The translations under genes were made by a program, and so were the position numbers. This document shows positions 39,301 through 52,179 of a stretch of DNA of 64,000 bases, one piece after another. How positions within the stretch are numbered: the stretch's first letter is position 1; each line of letters starts with the position of its first letter. Below the pieces are notes generated by a model that was not told the origin of the DNA, searched no databases, and was given only the letters and a program-made list of their open reading frames with translations. The stretch is from Lama glama (lineage: Eukaryota), in the NCBI GenBank assembly GCA_028534125.1, contig CM052817.1, forward strand, positions 72,666,001 through 72,730,000, written 5' to 3'.

Positions 39301-42300
39301 TGGTCACAAGCTAAATATGATCCCAGGCTATTTAAAAAACAAAAGAAAACAAAACAAAACAAAAACCTCCGTTAAGGCTGAGGGAATACGGGTATGTGGC
39401 TCCCCCCAGTGACCACTGAGAATGTCGGCACAGTTCAGAGATAAAGTGCAGGGAAAGTGATGCTTTGAATTATTGCCAGAAAAAGCCCATTGTCCAATCT
39501 TCTTCACCACCTGGTAACAGCTGGTGTAGATGTCAAGACGAGATGAAAAATGGATAGAGGTCAAATCCAGGAGGACTTCTCTTGTATAGCAAATCAATTT
39601 AAAGCAACAAAAGTACCAAGATAAAATTTCGAAGAACTTCTGAAGCTTAAAAACCATAGCTAAACTTTAGGGAGAAGGGATGGCAAAGAAGAAGACAGGA
39701 GCAAGCCTTCACTTCACACAGAATCTCGTTTAATAGTTTCAGATTTAGAAAAGCAGAGGAACTTTTCCCCTGTAACACCAGGGGAGAAGCTAATACCAGA
39801 ATATTCCCAAGCTGACAAGCAATTTGGAATGGAAACTAACACAACAAAAAAAGTTTTTTAATGTACAGAATATATTCCAGCTGAGAGTCTTCAATATCAA
39901 AACTCCCAGAGGTTCCAAGCAGTCACTCGGCAATTCACAGCATCAGAATTTCTGGGCCTTGACCCAGGTTTCAACCACGTCTCACATACAACATTGCCTT
40001 GGTTCTCTTGAGGGTTCAATCTTCATAGCAGCCTCTAAATTCAAAGCATAGTTTCTGAGAAGGGAAAATACTTTCAAACAATGAATGGAAGATATATCTG
40101 CCTTCCAAATTTATAATCCTGTATATTCACCAGCACCGGACAGCCCACAAGCCCTATGCACAGACAATTCAAAACCACTGGTAACCAACCAACAAGTCTG
40201 ACTCAATTCTGATAAGTCATCCCACCTCTTAAATGCGTCTCCTTAACTAATTCGTGCATAAAACTCCTCCTTGTCTTTGCCCTTATTCTGACTCCTTTCT
40301 TCCTCTGTTTTTCACCTGGTGTCTTCTCCCGAACGCAACCACCTCTACCAGGTCTCTCTGCCCTACCTCCAAATACTGTTCTTTCCTAGATTTAGAGATT
40401 GACTCCTCTCTGACTTTTGTTTCCCTTAATCTTCTAATGAATTTTCCTCAGCCTCCTGTTATTACTAACATGGGAAGCAGTCTGTTAAGGGATAAATTAC
40501 TGAAGAGGCTCTACTACAGAGCATCACAGAGTTACAGAGCCTAGAGCCCCAGAGGGTCTCAAAATATAATGTGACAGAGCAGTCAGCTTACAGGCTGTTA
40601 AGATGCCTCTTTGAATTTGTCAGATACTGAAACTGAGGCTTAAAGCAGGTAGTGTTTTGCCTGCTGACAATTATCCAGAATTTGCAGCTTCTTAAGACAG
40701 AATATTTCCCATTATAAACACCAGCTCTTACACATAACAGCATGGAAAAAGTTTTGAGGAAAGGGTTAGGTTTTTCATACTCTTTGAGCACGGTCATCTA
40801 AAGAAAAAGCCACCTAACAATTATTACTCTTGAATCCCAGTGTTAGAAACAACCGACTTTTTAATCATAATCACTTTGTCTTTTACATTCCTCCTTTTTT
40901 CCCTTCACTTCAACAGGAAGAATTAGCCCTTTTTTGATAAACGTCTCTTCCCTGGTTATTGTGTATGAATACAAATATGTTCTCATTTTAAGGTATATTG
41001 TTTTCACCGGCCAGCTGTCCTGAAGAATTGCATCTGCAAAAAATGAGCCTTCCTCGTAGGTTTTTATGTTTTGTTTTGCCCCTGAAGGTTAATTGCAGTT
41101 CTGCTTCCATAGCTTCCTTCTGCTGTGGAGTTAACCACGGGTTTGTCGCACTGGGGAAGGTTTATCAAAGGTCTGGAATCCAAAACAAGGGCAACAATAA
41201 ACACCAATTAGATCCAGGCCCTCTGCTCCCACTGCCTTCACAGATTAAAGCAGCAAACCCAGCTTCTGTCTTCAGTGAGACTGGACTCCCCTAAAGCCAC
41301 TGAGGAGGGTGGCTGAGGGACCTGTTTCCAAGATGGCCTTTGGAACACAAGTTTCCTTCCTGATTGAGATGACAAAGGGGAGGCGCTGGTGAGCAGCATT
41401 CCTGCTCTGTACCTTCTTGAAACAGCTTCTCATAGGGGCTTGCAATTATATCGTAACTAACCTGTTAGGAGTATAAGTGGCATGTGAATCTGTCATCTGA
41501 AGTCTATTTTGTCACAGGCTAATAATTTGAGAAACTGAAATTGAGACTTGACTGTGGGACAAAGAATGTCGATCCAAATTTAAAACTACACGTACTTTCC
41601 AATTTTGACAGAAATAGGCATTTCTCACCTGTCTTGTATATTCCCCTTTTTTAAATTACTTGCTTTTGAAAATAGAAAAATATAGATACAGCTCTCTAAA
41701 AACATATAAAGATGTAGGGAGATATTACATCAGGAAGATAGGAGTCCCTTTAAAACCTTCAGTTATTTAAGTAAACAGAAAATCACCAGCAATTTAACAA
41801 AAATCCATGGAACAGTGACACAAATACTAGCTACAGTGACCTCTAGTGTTCTGATGGCTAAACAGTCAACAGCTAGACAAACAGCAGCTTGCCCCATTCA
41901 CTGTGATTAGCCAGTATCAAATCAAACCATAATTTCTGGAAATGGAAGAGATCTTACTAGTAAGTCTGGCTTTACCAATTACTATCTCCATGAAAAGAAA
42001 ATATAACAATAAAATTAAAGAATTTCTAATGATTAACATCTCACCATCCTAATGATTATCTTCATTTTTTGTCTTTAACTTTCTAATCATCATTCACATG
42101 AATACATATTAATACAGTCAACATTATATATTGATCCCATAGAATATATTCATCACTTTTTTTAATTTTAGAAAAATATTTTATTTTCTTGATTCCTTAC
42201 TTGGAAATCAGAAGTTATAAACAGAGATATCAAAGGGTTTACCACTGGAAAAGTGTTAGGTGGCTGACTTTATACATAAGTGCTTTTTGTGGCATGATTT

Positions 42301-42448
42301 TATCTTTATCTCCCCAAAACAGGTCCTACTTACCACAAAGGAGTCTACTAAATATCAAAATCAAGTAATTAGAATATAGACAACAAACACCTAAGAGGAA
42401 ATGTCTAAGGTACAGGATGTCTGAATTCTGTTGTTCAGAATCTCTTAC

Positions 42449-42488
42449 CTGCAGGAGTGACAAATCAATTAATTTGAGGCAGTCTGCC
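42449..42488 (-). other. Candidate 40-nt exon or recursive splice site
   Basis: Minus strand ttcctgttcctcttag|GGCAGAC...TTTGTCACTCCTGCAG|gtaaga; motif evidence only. Confidence 0.25.
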
Positions 42489-43939
42489 CTAAGAGGAACA
42501 GGAATTGTTTAATTATAAGACACATTATTATTTTAGCCCTAATAACCTAGTTTAAAAAAAACTCTTGCAATCTATGTTTTTTCAGAAAAACAAGTTCTAT
42601 CTACTAAGGTCCTATCAATCAATAAGCAAAGGCTCAAACTATGGAAATAAGGGATTTACACTTCTCTTCCAGTGAATCTGATCCTCCAAAAAGAAACAGT
42701 GACTGAAAACAAGTATTTCTAAAATGTCCTCATTTGTGTCTTTCATTTGTTCTGATAGTAGGGCAGTCCTGTCCTCTCATCCGCCCAGTAAAGCAACTGG
42801 TACGGTGATCTCAGAATAAAACGGTTAAGTGACAATGAAATAAGAGCTGGGCTCCTGGAAACTATGGAAGGATCATAGCTCATCTTTTTAAGAAGACATT
42901 CAAATCATTAGCTCCTATTTCATGAAATACTGCATTTTCATCTTATCCTTTTCATCTCTGTTACTGTTATGAGTGGAGATCTAAAGGCAAGAAAAACAAA
43001 ACATTAGAAATAATTAACCTTAAAGTTAGGACTGCTTTTTATGAATAACTGGTCCCAACTATGTCTCCCATTTAGCCATAAAGTCACTTTGATTTTTATT
43101 TGATTTTTATTATTGATTTTTACTATTTAGGTTTATAGGGATCAAAAGAAGAGGGAAGGAATTTGCATGTGGGGAGATGGGGAAACTTTTAAAGGATCTG
43201 TAAACTGAAGGTGAGTTCCATACACTCTAACAAGGGGACATAAGACATTGAGACACTGAATCACAAAGGAAATAACAGGCAAGAGTTGGAGAAAGATTAG
43301 CTTTCCTCTTTCCCTCTTTGAAGTCATCAAGTAAAGATCAGAGTGATGCCAAGAGCTAAGCAAAACAAACAAACAAACAAACAAACAAAACACCTGAGGG
43401 TTATATGCGGACAATAAAGTTATAAGTGCTTTCCCAAATGTCTGACCATGAGGTATGTAGCCCAGAGAAGTAGAACACTGAATTCATGATGATACCAGGG
43501 ACTCCAGAGGGGAAATTGAATCAAAGACATTTTCTACATCTTCGGCAACCCCAAGTGTAAAGAACATCCATAATATTGTGATTTTAAGACCTATGGGAAT
43601 TTGCTGCTTCTATACCACCTATTAACTTGATGTCTGTTATAATGAACCTCTTTTTTTTTTAATAAACTTGTAACAAGAATTCAAGAAATAGAAAGGTTAA
43701 AAAATCTGTTCACTTATGCTCAAGAATGCAGATAAATCTGTGCCAAGAAGATGATATTTCTCAGCCAAGAGATTTTAAGGTCTTCATGGGTGTCACAAAA
43801 AAAAAATAACAATTTTATATAAATTTGCCTTTTTCCCAAAAGGTAATAAATCCTTAAGTAGTTTTAAGTTAACTTTTAAATTGTCTGTAACCTTGAGATT
43901 CCATTCATTATATATTTAGCCATTTTAGTTAATATTATA

Positions 43940-45480
43940 AAATATATACTGAAAATTGCATAATATTGATGAAAGAAATTTGAAAAGACACAAGTAAGTG
44001 GAAAAAATAACCTATGTTCATGAACCAGACTTAATATTGTTAAAATGCCCATACTACTCAAAGCAATCTACAGACTCATGCAGTCCCTGTCAAAATTCTA
44101 TGGCATTTTTTATAGAAAGAGACAAAAACAATTCTACAATTTATATGGAACCACAAAAGACCATGAATAGCTAAATCAATCCTGGGCAAGAAGAGCAAAG
44201 CTGAAAGCATCACATGTCCTGATTTCAAAATATATTACAAAAGTGTACAGTAATCAAAACAGAACAGTGATGGCACAGAGACAGACAGATAGGCCAATAG
44301 TAGAGAGAGACCAGAAATAAATCCATAGTTGACTGACCATTGACAAGAGTGCCAAGAATACACAGTGGTGAAAGGACAGTCTCTTCAATAAATGGTACTG
44401 GGAAAACTGGATGTCTACACAAAAGGATGAAATTTAACCTTTATCTTACACTATAACCTATACACAAACACACACATACCTAAAAATGGATCAAAGTCTT
44501 AAATGTAAGACCTGAAACCATAAAACTCCTAGAAGAAAACAGGAGAAAAGTTTCATGACATTGGTCTTGGCAATGATTTCACAGATACAATACCAAAAGC
44601 ACAGGCAACAAAAGTAAAATTAGACAACTGGGACAATATCAGACTAAAAAGCTTCTGCATCACAAAAGAGACAATCAACAAGCGTGAAAAGACAACCTAT
44701 GGAATGGAAAAAAAAGTATTTGCAAAGCACATATCTGATAAGGGGTTAATCTCCAAAACATACAATAAACTCCCACAACTTATTAGCAAAAAAAAAAAAA
44801 ATCAATAACCCAATTCAAAATGAGCTAACAATTTTAAAAGACATTTCTCCAAAGAAGACATACAAGTGACCCTCAGGTATATATAAAAAATGTTCAGTGT
44901 CACTAATCATCAGAGAAATGTGTACCAAAACTACAATGAAGTATCACCTCAAACTTCTAAGTATTTAATCAAAAGAAGTAAAATCAGGATCTCAAAGAGA
45001 TGGCTGCACTCCCCTGTTTGTTGCAGCACCATTCACAATAGCCAAGATGTGGAAACAACCTAAATGTCCACCAACAGATAAACAGGTAAAGAAAATGTAG
45101 TATATACATACAATGAAGTAGTATTCTGCCTTTTAAAAAGAAGTAAATTCTGCAACATGCAATAATATGGATGAACCTTGAGGACATTACACTAAGTAAA
45201 ATAAGCCAGTTATAGGAAGACAGAGACGTCATGATTTCACTTACATGCACCATCTACAACAATCATAGAATTAGAGTGGAATGGTGGTTGCCAGGGGCTG
45301 AAGGAGGGGGAAATGGGGAGGTACTAATCAATGGGCATAAAGCTTCACAAGTTAAACAAGTTGAATAAGCTCTAGAGACCTTCAACACTCACCAACAGTC
45401 AACAATAACGTACACTTAAAGTTTTGTTTTAATGAAAGGGTAAATCTCATGTTAATTCTTACCATGATAGAATAAAAATG
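43940..45480 (+). mobile_element. LINE-1 3' portion, L1MA8/9-like, with an internal deletion near 44985
   Basis: aatattgttaaaatgcccatactactcaaagcaatctacaga, aaatggatcaaagtcttaaatgtaagacctgaaacc; UTR gaataagctctagaga...aaagggtaaatctcatgttaa. Confidence 0.95.
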
Positions 45481-46087
45481 TTAATGACACTTGAAAAAAT
45501 TATCAAACATAATGAATGCACTCAATTTCCACCTGTAAAAAATATTAGTCAAGCTGTAATAAAACCATTTTAAATATCTGCAGTAGTATTACTCATAATC
45601 AGATACAAATAATATTACTGAAGAATGTAAATAGTTTGTTCAACCTGTTTCATCAATCTTTTTTTTTCTACTTCTAGGGAAAACAGGAGGATGTACTCCT
45701 TATTGTATAGACATAAAATACCAGGCCAGACCACCTAATTAATCAGGCTCTATTTATATCCTACGTACAAATAAATCCTCCTCAAAATATCTGTTCCTCC
45801 TGAAATGTACTGTCTTTTAAATTAGGTTAATAATATATACTTCACATGGATATTTTAATCATTAAATAAGACAGTGGTCACACCAGTGCCTTAAATAATT
45901 CCTAACACAAAATAAGCAAATAAAGAATGACAATTCCATTTTTCAAAGGCAATATGCTTTTGTCACAATGCAGCCAAATTACTGTACATTATCATACGAC
46001 AGCTTTTGTAAACTGCCCCAAATCCTTACAATTCCTTAATTAAGGGTTTTTTTAAAAAGGGGGGGGGTCCCTTTTGCCATTGAGTTT

Positions 46088-46930
46088 CATTTTTATCAAC
46101 TTATTGAAGTATAATTTACAAAAAATAAAATGTGTCCATTTTAAGTGCATATTTTGGTAAGTTTTGACAAACATATTCACTCATATAACCACCACCACAG
46201 TCAAGAGGTGAATATTTCCATTTTCCCCAAAAAGTTCTCTGGTGTCCTTTGTAGTCAGTTCCCCTACTCCTGGTCCTCTGCATCTACTTAATACTTATAT
46301 CATTATAAATTAGCCTGTTCTGCAATTTCATATAAATGGAATTATACAGTATATACTCTTTTGTGTATGGTTTCTTTGGCTCAGGATAATGTTTTTAAGA
46401 TTCACTCACATTTCTGTATTAGTAAATTTGTTCATTTTTATTGCCAATGAATATTGTAATAAATTGTATGGACTTACTATAATGTGTTTATTGATTCTCC
46501 TGTAAAGGACATTTGGTTGGCTTCTAGTTTTAGGCTATTATGAATAAAGCTGCTAAGAACATTTTTGTACAAATTTTATGTGGTCATGTATTTCCCTTTT
46601 GCTTGGGTAAATAACTAGGAGTTGAATTGTGGGTCCTGTAGTAACTATATATTTAACTTTACATGCAACTGTCAAACTATTTTCCAAATGGCTGTAAATT
46701 ATGTTATTCTTCCACAAGCAACGTATGAAAGTTATGTTTGCTTTTCATGGTTGCTGACACTTGGTATTGTCTTTATTTAGCCATACTAATAGGTGTAGAA
46801 TAGGATCCTATTGCTTTCATTTTCCATTTTCCTGTTGACTAATTATGTTGAGCATCTTTTCCTGTGTTTATTGACCATTCATATATCTTCCTCTTTGAAG
46901 TGTCTGTTCAAATATTTTGCCAACCTTTTA
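46088..46930 (-). mobile_element. LINE-1 3' end, L1MB/L1ME-like
   Basis: ttattgaagtataatttaca, tttcatataaatggaattatacagtat, ggctattatgaataaagctgcta, gttgagcatctttt, gaagtgtctgttcaaat. Confidence 0.9.
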
Positions 46931-48439
46931 AACCCTTAGTTAAAGTTTTTAAATTATCTGATGCCTTCTAAATATCTGGGACAAGACTCATGAAAGCATC
47001 TCCCTTGATAGTGGTTCCAGGGTAAGAAGCTCCTGAACCAAATTTAACTATGATTTAATACCTGAGGTGACCAATGCAACACAGTGAGATAGAGAACAAA
47101 AGAGCAAAGAATATTGAGAATTGTATCCAAAGAAAAACTGAAGTAGAAAAAAGAAAAAACACAACATAGTAGGGAGTCAGGAGGATCAGGAGAGAATCAG
47201 GTTTTAAAAACTGGTTAAGAATAAATTTCAGAACACAGACTGTAAACAATGAGTGTAGGGTACAGTTCTTTTATGTGCTACTGAGTGTTTTTTATGGAGT
47301 TAGGTGTGGAAATGTACAGAAGTTAAAAAGATTGGACAAATATGAAAACGTCACCTTCATAACCTTCCATCTTGTTGGTCTGAGCTTAGTACTTTAATAA
47401 TATACCAAGTTGCCACTGACTTTTTGTTCTAACTGAGAAAGCAACCTCCACTTAATAGAGCAAGAGATGGAACTTAGAAAACATGGCTTTTACTCTGATA
47501 TGTTTGTGATCAATACATTGTAATCTTGCCAAAATATTTCATGTCTGCATCTCAATTTCCCCAACAGTGATATATAAACAGCATGAATTATAGAAGTTGT
47601 ATCCTTAACCTTTTGCACAAGTAAGAACAAACAAACAACACAATAATTTGTGTTAATACCAAGAGCCCCAGAAATATTTACAGAATCTCAAATGCTAAAG
47701 ACTGTTTGCAGTTGTGCTGGATGTGTGGTCTAACCACAGAGAGCTTGTGCAAAACACTTTACTTACAAAAATTTATTAATACATATGAAGCGAAAAATGC
47801 AATGCTAATGTCATCTGACATGCTTGCCTTCAGCACCACCCCATCAGGAAAGCAGAACTGTGATCACAATGGGCTGGGTTACTGGTATTATTTCTTTTCT
47901 TTCTCCTACATCTTTGGATCCCATTCCTGCCAGCCTTCTTCAGTCAGCGAAACCACAGTGACTTTGGGAAGGTGAAGGAGATATCCCGAGAGCCTCTTTA
48001 TATAAGTCTCTCAGCTGCCCAGAGGAGTACAACTTTCATCTCTGAATCTTTCTGAGGAAAGGATTATCATAGGGTCCCTGTTTCAACAAGAGCAAATGGA
48101 ATGCCCACTCTGGACCCTGCAACAGCAATCAAGGTTTATCTTTATTTTCAATTACAGTATTTTCCTTTTAGGGCAAACATGCTAATACAATTGGCCAGCA
48201 GGAGAGTAAAAAGAGAGCAAGATGTCTACAATGTTTCTCCCTTGACATTTTCCCTTATATTGTTGTGTCTGCAGAGAATTTTTGTTATACTACAGATATT
48301 TTCATTGCAGGGAAAAAGGAAAGACCTAAGTCACTATCATTTCAATATAAAGTAGACAACAAAAATATATACATCTTAAAACTTGAGGTTAAAAAAAAGC
48401 ATTTGCTTATGCAATAAAAATAAACTGAAATAAAAATAG

Positions 48440-49015
48440 ACAAGATAAAATGATAATGTCAAAAATTAAACAACATAAAGGAATTAATTTTTGCTACAGA
48501 TAAGTTTCCAAATTGAATCAAATCCATCCCACAGAAAAAGGATACACAATTCAAAGAAAAGGAACCCAAAAGGTTAACAAGAAAATAAAAAGATGTTCAA
48601 GTTCATCATTAATCAGATAAATGCAAATTAAAACCACAGTGAAATTTAAGTCTACACCCTATAAACTAGCAAAAATCATAAAGCAATAGAAAGTTAAGCC
48701 TTGATAGGAATGTGGTGATATTGAGCATAATGGGCACTGTCAGTGGAAGTCATCAGCCACCCTTAAGAAAAATGCACTGGCAGTATTCAGTCCAGTTAAG
48801 GATTTTCCTGGGTATGTGTCCCATGCAATTCCAGCAAATCTGTAAGTGGGAAAGCATGACAATGTTCATCACAGTGTTGCTGGTGGTGATGGGAAGTAGA
48901 GGCAATTTGGATGTCCCTCCCTGGGTGAATAGATACAACATGCTGAACGTTACAAAGTACTATGCAGTGGTTAGAATGAATACACCAGAGAGAATGCTGG
49001 AAGGAAAAAACATGC
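48440..49015 (+). mobile_element. Ancient L1 (L1ME-like) fragment
   Basis: aaaagatgttcaagttcatcattaatcagataaatgcaaattaaaaccacagtga; aatgttcatcacagtgttg; tactatgcagtggttagaatgaat. Confidence 0.65.
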
Positions 49016-49019
49016 TATA

Positions 49020-49165
49020 TAAACACAGACTGTGGGTACCATTCAGACTGAAAGACCCAGAATTTCTGGGGAAGATATAGAGAAGAGCATAGGAAACCCA
49101 GAAATTTGTGTTTTTCATAAACCCTCCAAGCAATTCTGTTAATTAACCCAATTCAAGTATCATGC
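49020..49165 (+). mobile_element. MER5-like hAT fragment
   Basis: cagaatttctgggg...cccagaaatttgtgtttttcataaaccctccaagcaattctg. Confidence 0.45.
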
Positions 49166-49278
49166 ATAAAGACTTAGGCATATAGAGTGCTCCATAAGTA
49201 TCTGTATAGTTTTAAGCTTTAATAACTGTAGAAGCATAATGCTACAAGTTTAGAAAAAGAATTCAAAAGATTATTTAA

Positions 49279-49947
49279 ACCAGTCATCTGTCAATGGAAA
49301 TTAGGTTGTTTTCATGTCTTGGTTGTTATATATAGTGCTGCTATCAACACTGGGGTGCATGTATCTTTTTGAATTAGAGTTTCCTCCAGATATGTGTCCA
49401 GGAGTGGGATTGCTGGATTATACAGTATGTCTGTTTTTAGTTTTTTGAAGAATTTCCATATTGTTTTCCATAACAAATTTTGGTACATTTATACAATGGA
49501 ATACTACTCAGCCATAAAAAAGAATAAAATAATGCCATTTGCAGCAACATGGATGGACATAGAGATTGTTATTCTAAATGAAGTAAGCCAGAAAGAGAAA
49601 GAAAAATACCACATGATATCACTCATACGTGGAATCTAAAAAAAAGAAAAAAGAAAACAGCAATGAACTAATCTACAAAACAGAAGCAGACTTGTTACGG
49701 TTACTGGGGGAAAGAGAGTGGGAAGAGATAAATTTGGGAGTTTGAGAATTGCAAATATTAGCCACTATATATAAAAATAGACTAAAAAAACAAGTTTCTT
49801 CTGTATAGCACAGGGAACTATATTCAATATCTTGTAATAACCTTTAATGGAAAAGAATATGAAAACAAATTTATGTAGGTATATATATAATGAACATTGT
49901 GCTGTACACCAGAAATTGACACATTGTAATTGACTGTACTTCAATAA
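49279..49947 (+). mobile_element. 5'-inverted (twin-primed) lineage-specific LINE-1 with 14-bp TSD
   Basis: Antisense L1 at 49279 to about 49473 joined to sense L1 (WYIYTMEYYSAIKKNKIMPFAATWMD) plus UTR; TSD aaaagattatttaa at 49265-49278 and aaaaggttatttaa at 49948-49961. Confidence 0.93.
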
Positions 49948-51344
49948 AAAAGGTTATTTAAGTTTTTAAAAATATTGATGTCTTATTAAAGTTTAGCATA
50001 ATCCCTATGTTATATACTACACACTGCTGTAACCAATTTTCAAACTGTGTAAAAATAAATTACAAGGATTGCATTTGTAATCCTAGTTTTAACATGATTC
50101 TAAGAATGAGGTATTGAAACATATACAATAATTTTGATGTCACCCCACAAAAGTCTAAGGGAGAGAGATCAGGTTACTAAAGTGGCTAAGGAAAGGGAAT
50201 TTTTCTACCAGAAACTGTGGCAGTGGCATAAAAAAATTAAACATTTACTTTTTATTCTTATTTACTTATGTTATTACTTCAATAATCTATTATTATATCT
50301 GAAGTATAACATTAGTTAGTAATTATGAATATTGTGAGGAGTAAGAGGACCAAGTTGTTTTCTACATTATCAAAGTAAATTTACATTAACTGTAATTGCA
50401 ATGTTCATTATACTTTTAAGAAAAGTGGCAATCCATGAACTGTATACAGTAACTTATACATTAACAAGATATTCATTTAACAAAAATGCCCATTCCTCAA
50501 TCATTACAGATAATTTAATTTAATAAACTTTCAGAGTTTTAATTTAAATAATTTAAATAAACTTTCAGAGAGTAGTATTTGTAGAGAGGTATTTGAGTAA
50601 AATTGTTTAGTAACAGAAATTGTGGAGATGATTTTTTTAAAAGACCACACTAAATTCTTTACAAAGTAAATGCATGATTTTCTTATGTTACAGTTGACTA
50701 GTAATGAATGTAATGTATCAAAAAGAGATACTTAAAGATTAAAATATATTTCAGGAGGACCAATGCAAAGTGTATGGATTAGGCATCTACTTATAAGGAG
50801 TGACTTGAAGAGCATCAAAATCTGTGCAGGATGTAAGATGCAATAGAGGAAGAATTTAAAAAGATCTTATTTGTTTGGGTCTTATGAACTATGCTAACCT
50901 ACATAGGTGGGTTTATCTATTAGAGGCCTTACTTGTAAAAAGTAAGGTCAGCTTGTCTATCCAAACTGTTGTAAGGTTATATGAGGTCACTCATTCATTT
51001 ATTCATAAATAACTATATTTAGATACCATTAGAAAAGGAGACAGTCATCTGAGAGAGTGATTGTGTGTGTGTGTGTACAGATATGGTCGATAGACAAGGA
51101 AGCCCAAGATACATGAGCTGAAATAATACATGAGCAGGCAGCTGCTATATATAGGCACTCAAAGTATATCTTTAAAAAAAATCCCAATTTTTGCCAAATA
51201 TCTTTCACAGTTAGCTAAACATGATGATTAAAAAAAAAAAAACTCATCCAATTTTGACATGAAGACCTAATTTCCAAAAAGCCTTGCTAAAATTCGGGTT
51301 AGAAAATATTGTGAAGGAGAGGGTGAAGGAAGGAACTAATGGTT

Positions 51345-51548
51345 TCAGAGAACACACTATTACTTTTAATACTCAAAACAATCCAGTGAGGTTAATACTG
51401 TTTAATACTCCCATTTTAGAACTGAGGAAACTGAAGCTCAAAGAAGTTAAATAATTTCTCTAAAGTCACATAGCTAATATGTAGTAAAGCTGAAGTTTGA
51501 ACATGCATATGTTTAACTCCAAAGTCTTGTCTTTGTCACCATTATCAC
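51345..51548 (-). mobile_element. MIR SINE
   Basis: cccattttagaactgaggaaactgaagctcaaagaagttaaataatttctctaaagtcacatagcta is the MIR core. Confidence 0.85.
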
Positions 51549-52179
51549 CAGTGATGGAATCACCTTGAAGAAATAATATTTAAGCTTCTGCACATCATAA
51601 CTACATGAGGACTCCTAGAAGGGCCTTTAGCAGTGTGGATAAAGAATGTCATCAATTAGAAGAGATTTAAGATTGGCCCCTGCACAAGAAAATCTCTCAC
51701 ATCTGAAAACCTAACTGCTCTACTCATAAAAGAAACTTGACAGAAGTTTTCTCAAATTTAACAACCTTAAACATATACATTAGATTACCAATAACATGAT
51801 GTGAGGTGGAAATAAACTTTTTCTAAACTGTCAATTAAAAAAATTTGATCTATTATGCCAGAGAAAAGATAAAATTATGTTTTCATTTTCTCTATAGAAA
51901 TTAGTAATATACTATTGCTCTATAATATGAAGAGGCAATCCAAAAATATGCAGCCAAATGTGTAGGGAAAAGATATAAACGTGTGGCAGTCAATGAAAAT
52001 AATTATGCTTTTCTTATAAATTTTGTGGTATTTGCCGTATTTGCTACATTTGAAATTTGTTAGACTTTTGCTCATTTTAAATAAATCCTTCCCTTTGTAC
52101 CTAATCTTGTATTCTAAAAGAAGGCCTCGCAGATTGCATAAACTTCCAGCCTTATAACCAAGACCTAACAAATCCCCAG
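51549..52179 (+). mobile_element. hAT-Tip100 DNA transposon derivative (Zaphod/MER115-like)
   Basis: Decayed transposase C-terminus reading approximately NLTEVFSNLTTLNIYIRLPIT*CEVEINF..KLS...FSIE; Zaphod-like subterminal sequence gtacctaatcttgtattc. Confidence 0.8.

Noticed and set aside
39328..39657. 109-aa minus-strand ORF as a coding exon
   Set aside because: No recognisable homology, no good donor, and it runs into a (TTTTG)n tract
51654..51688. U6 snRNA-like fragment tggcccctgcacaag
   Set aside because: Only about 15 nt match, it is embedded in a hAT element, and there is no U6 5' end or TSD; probably chance
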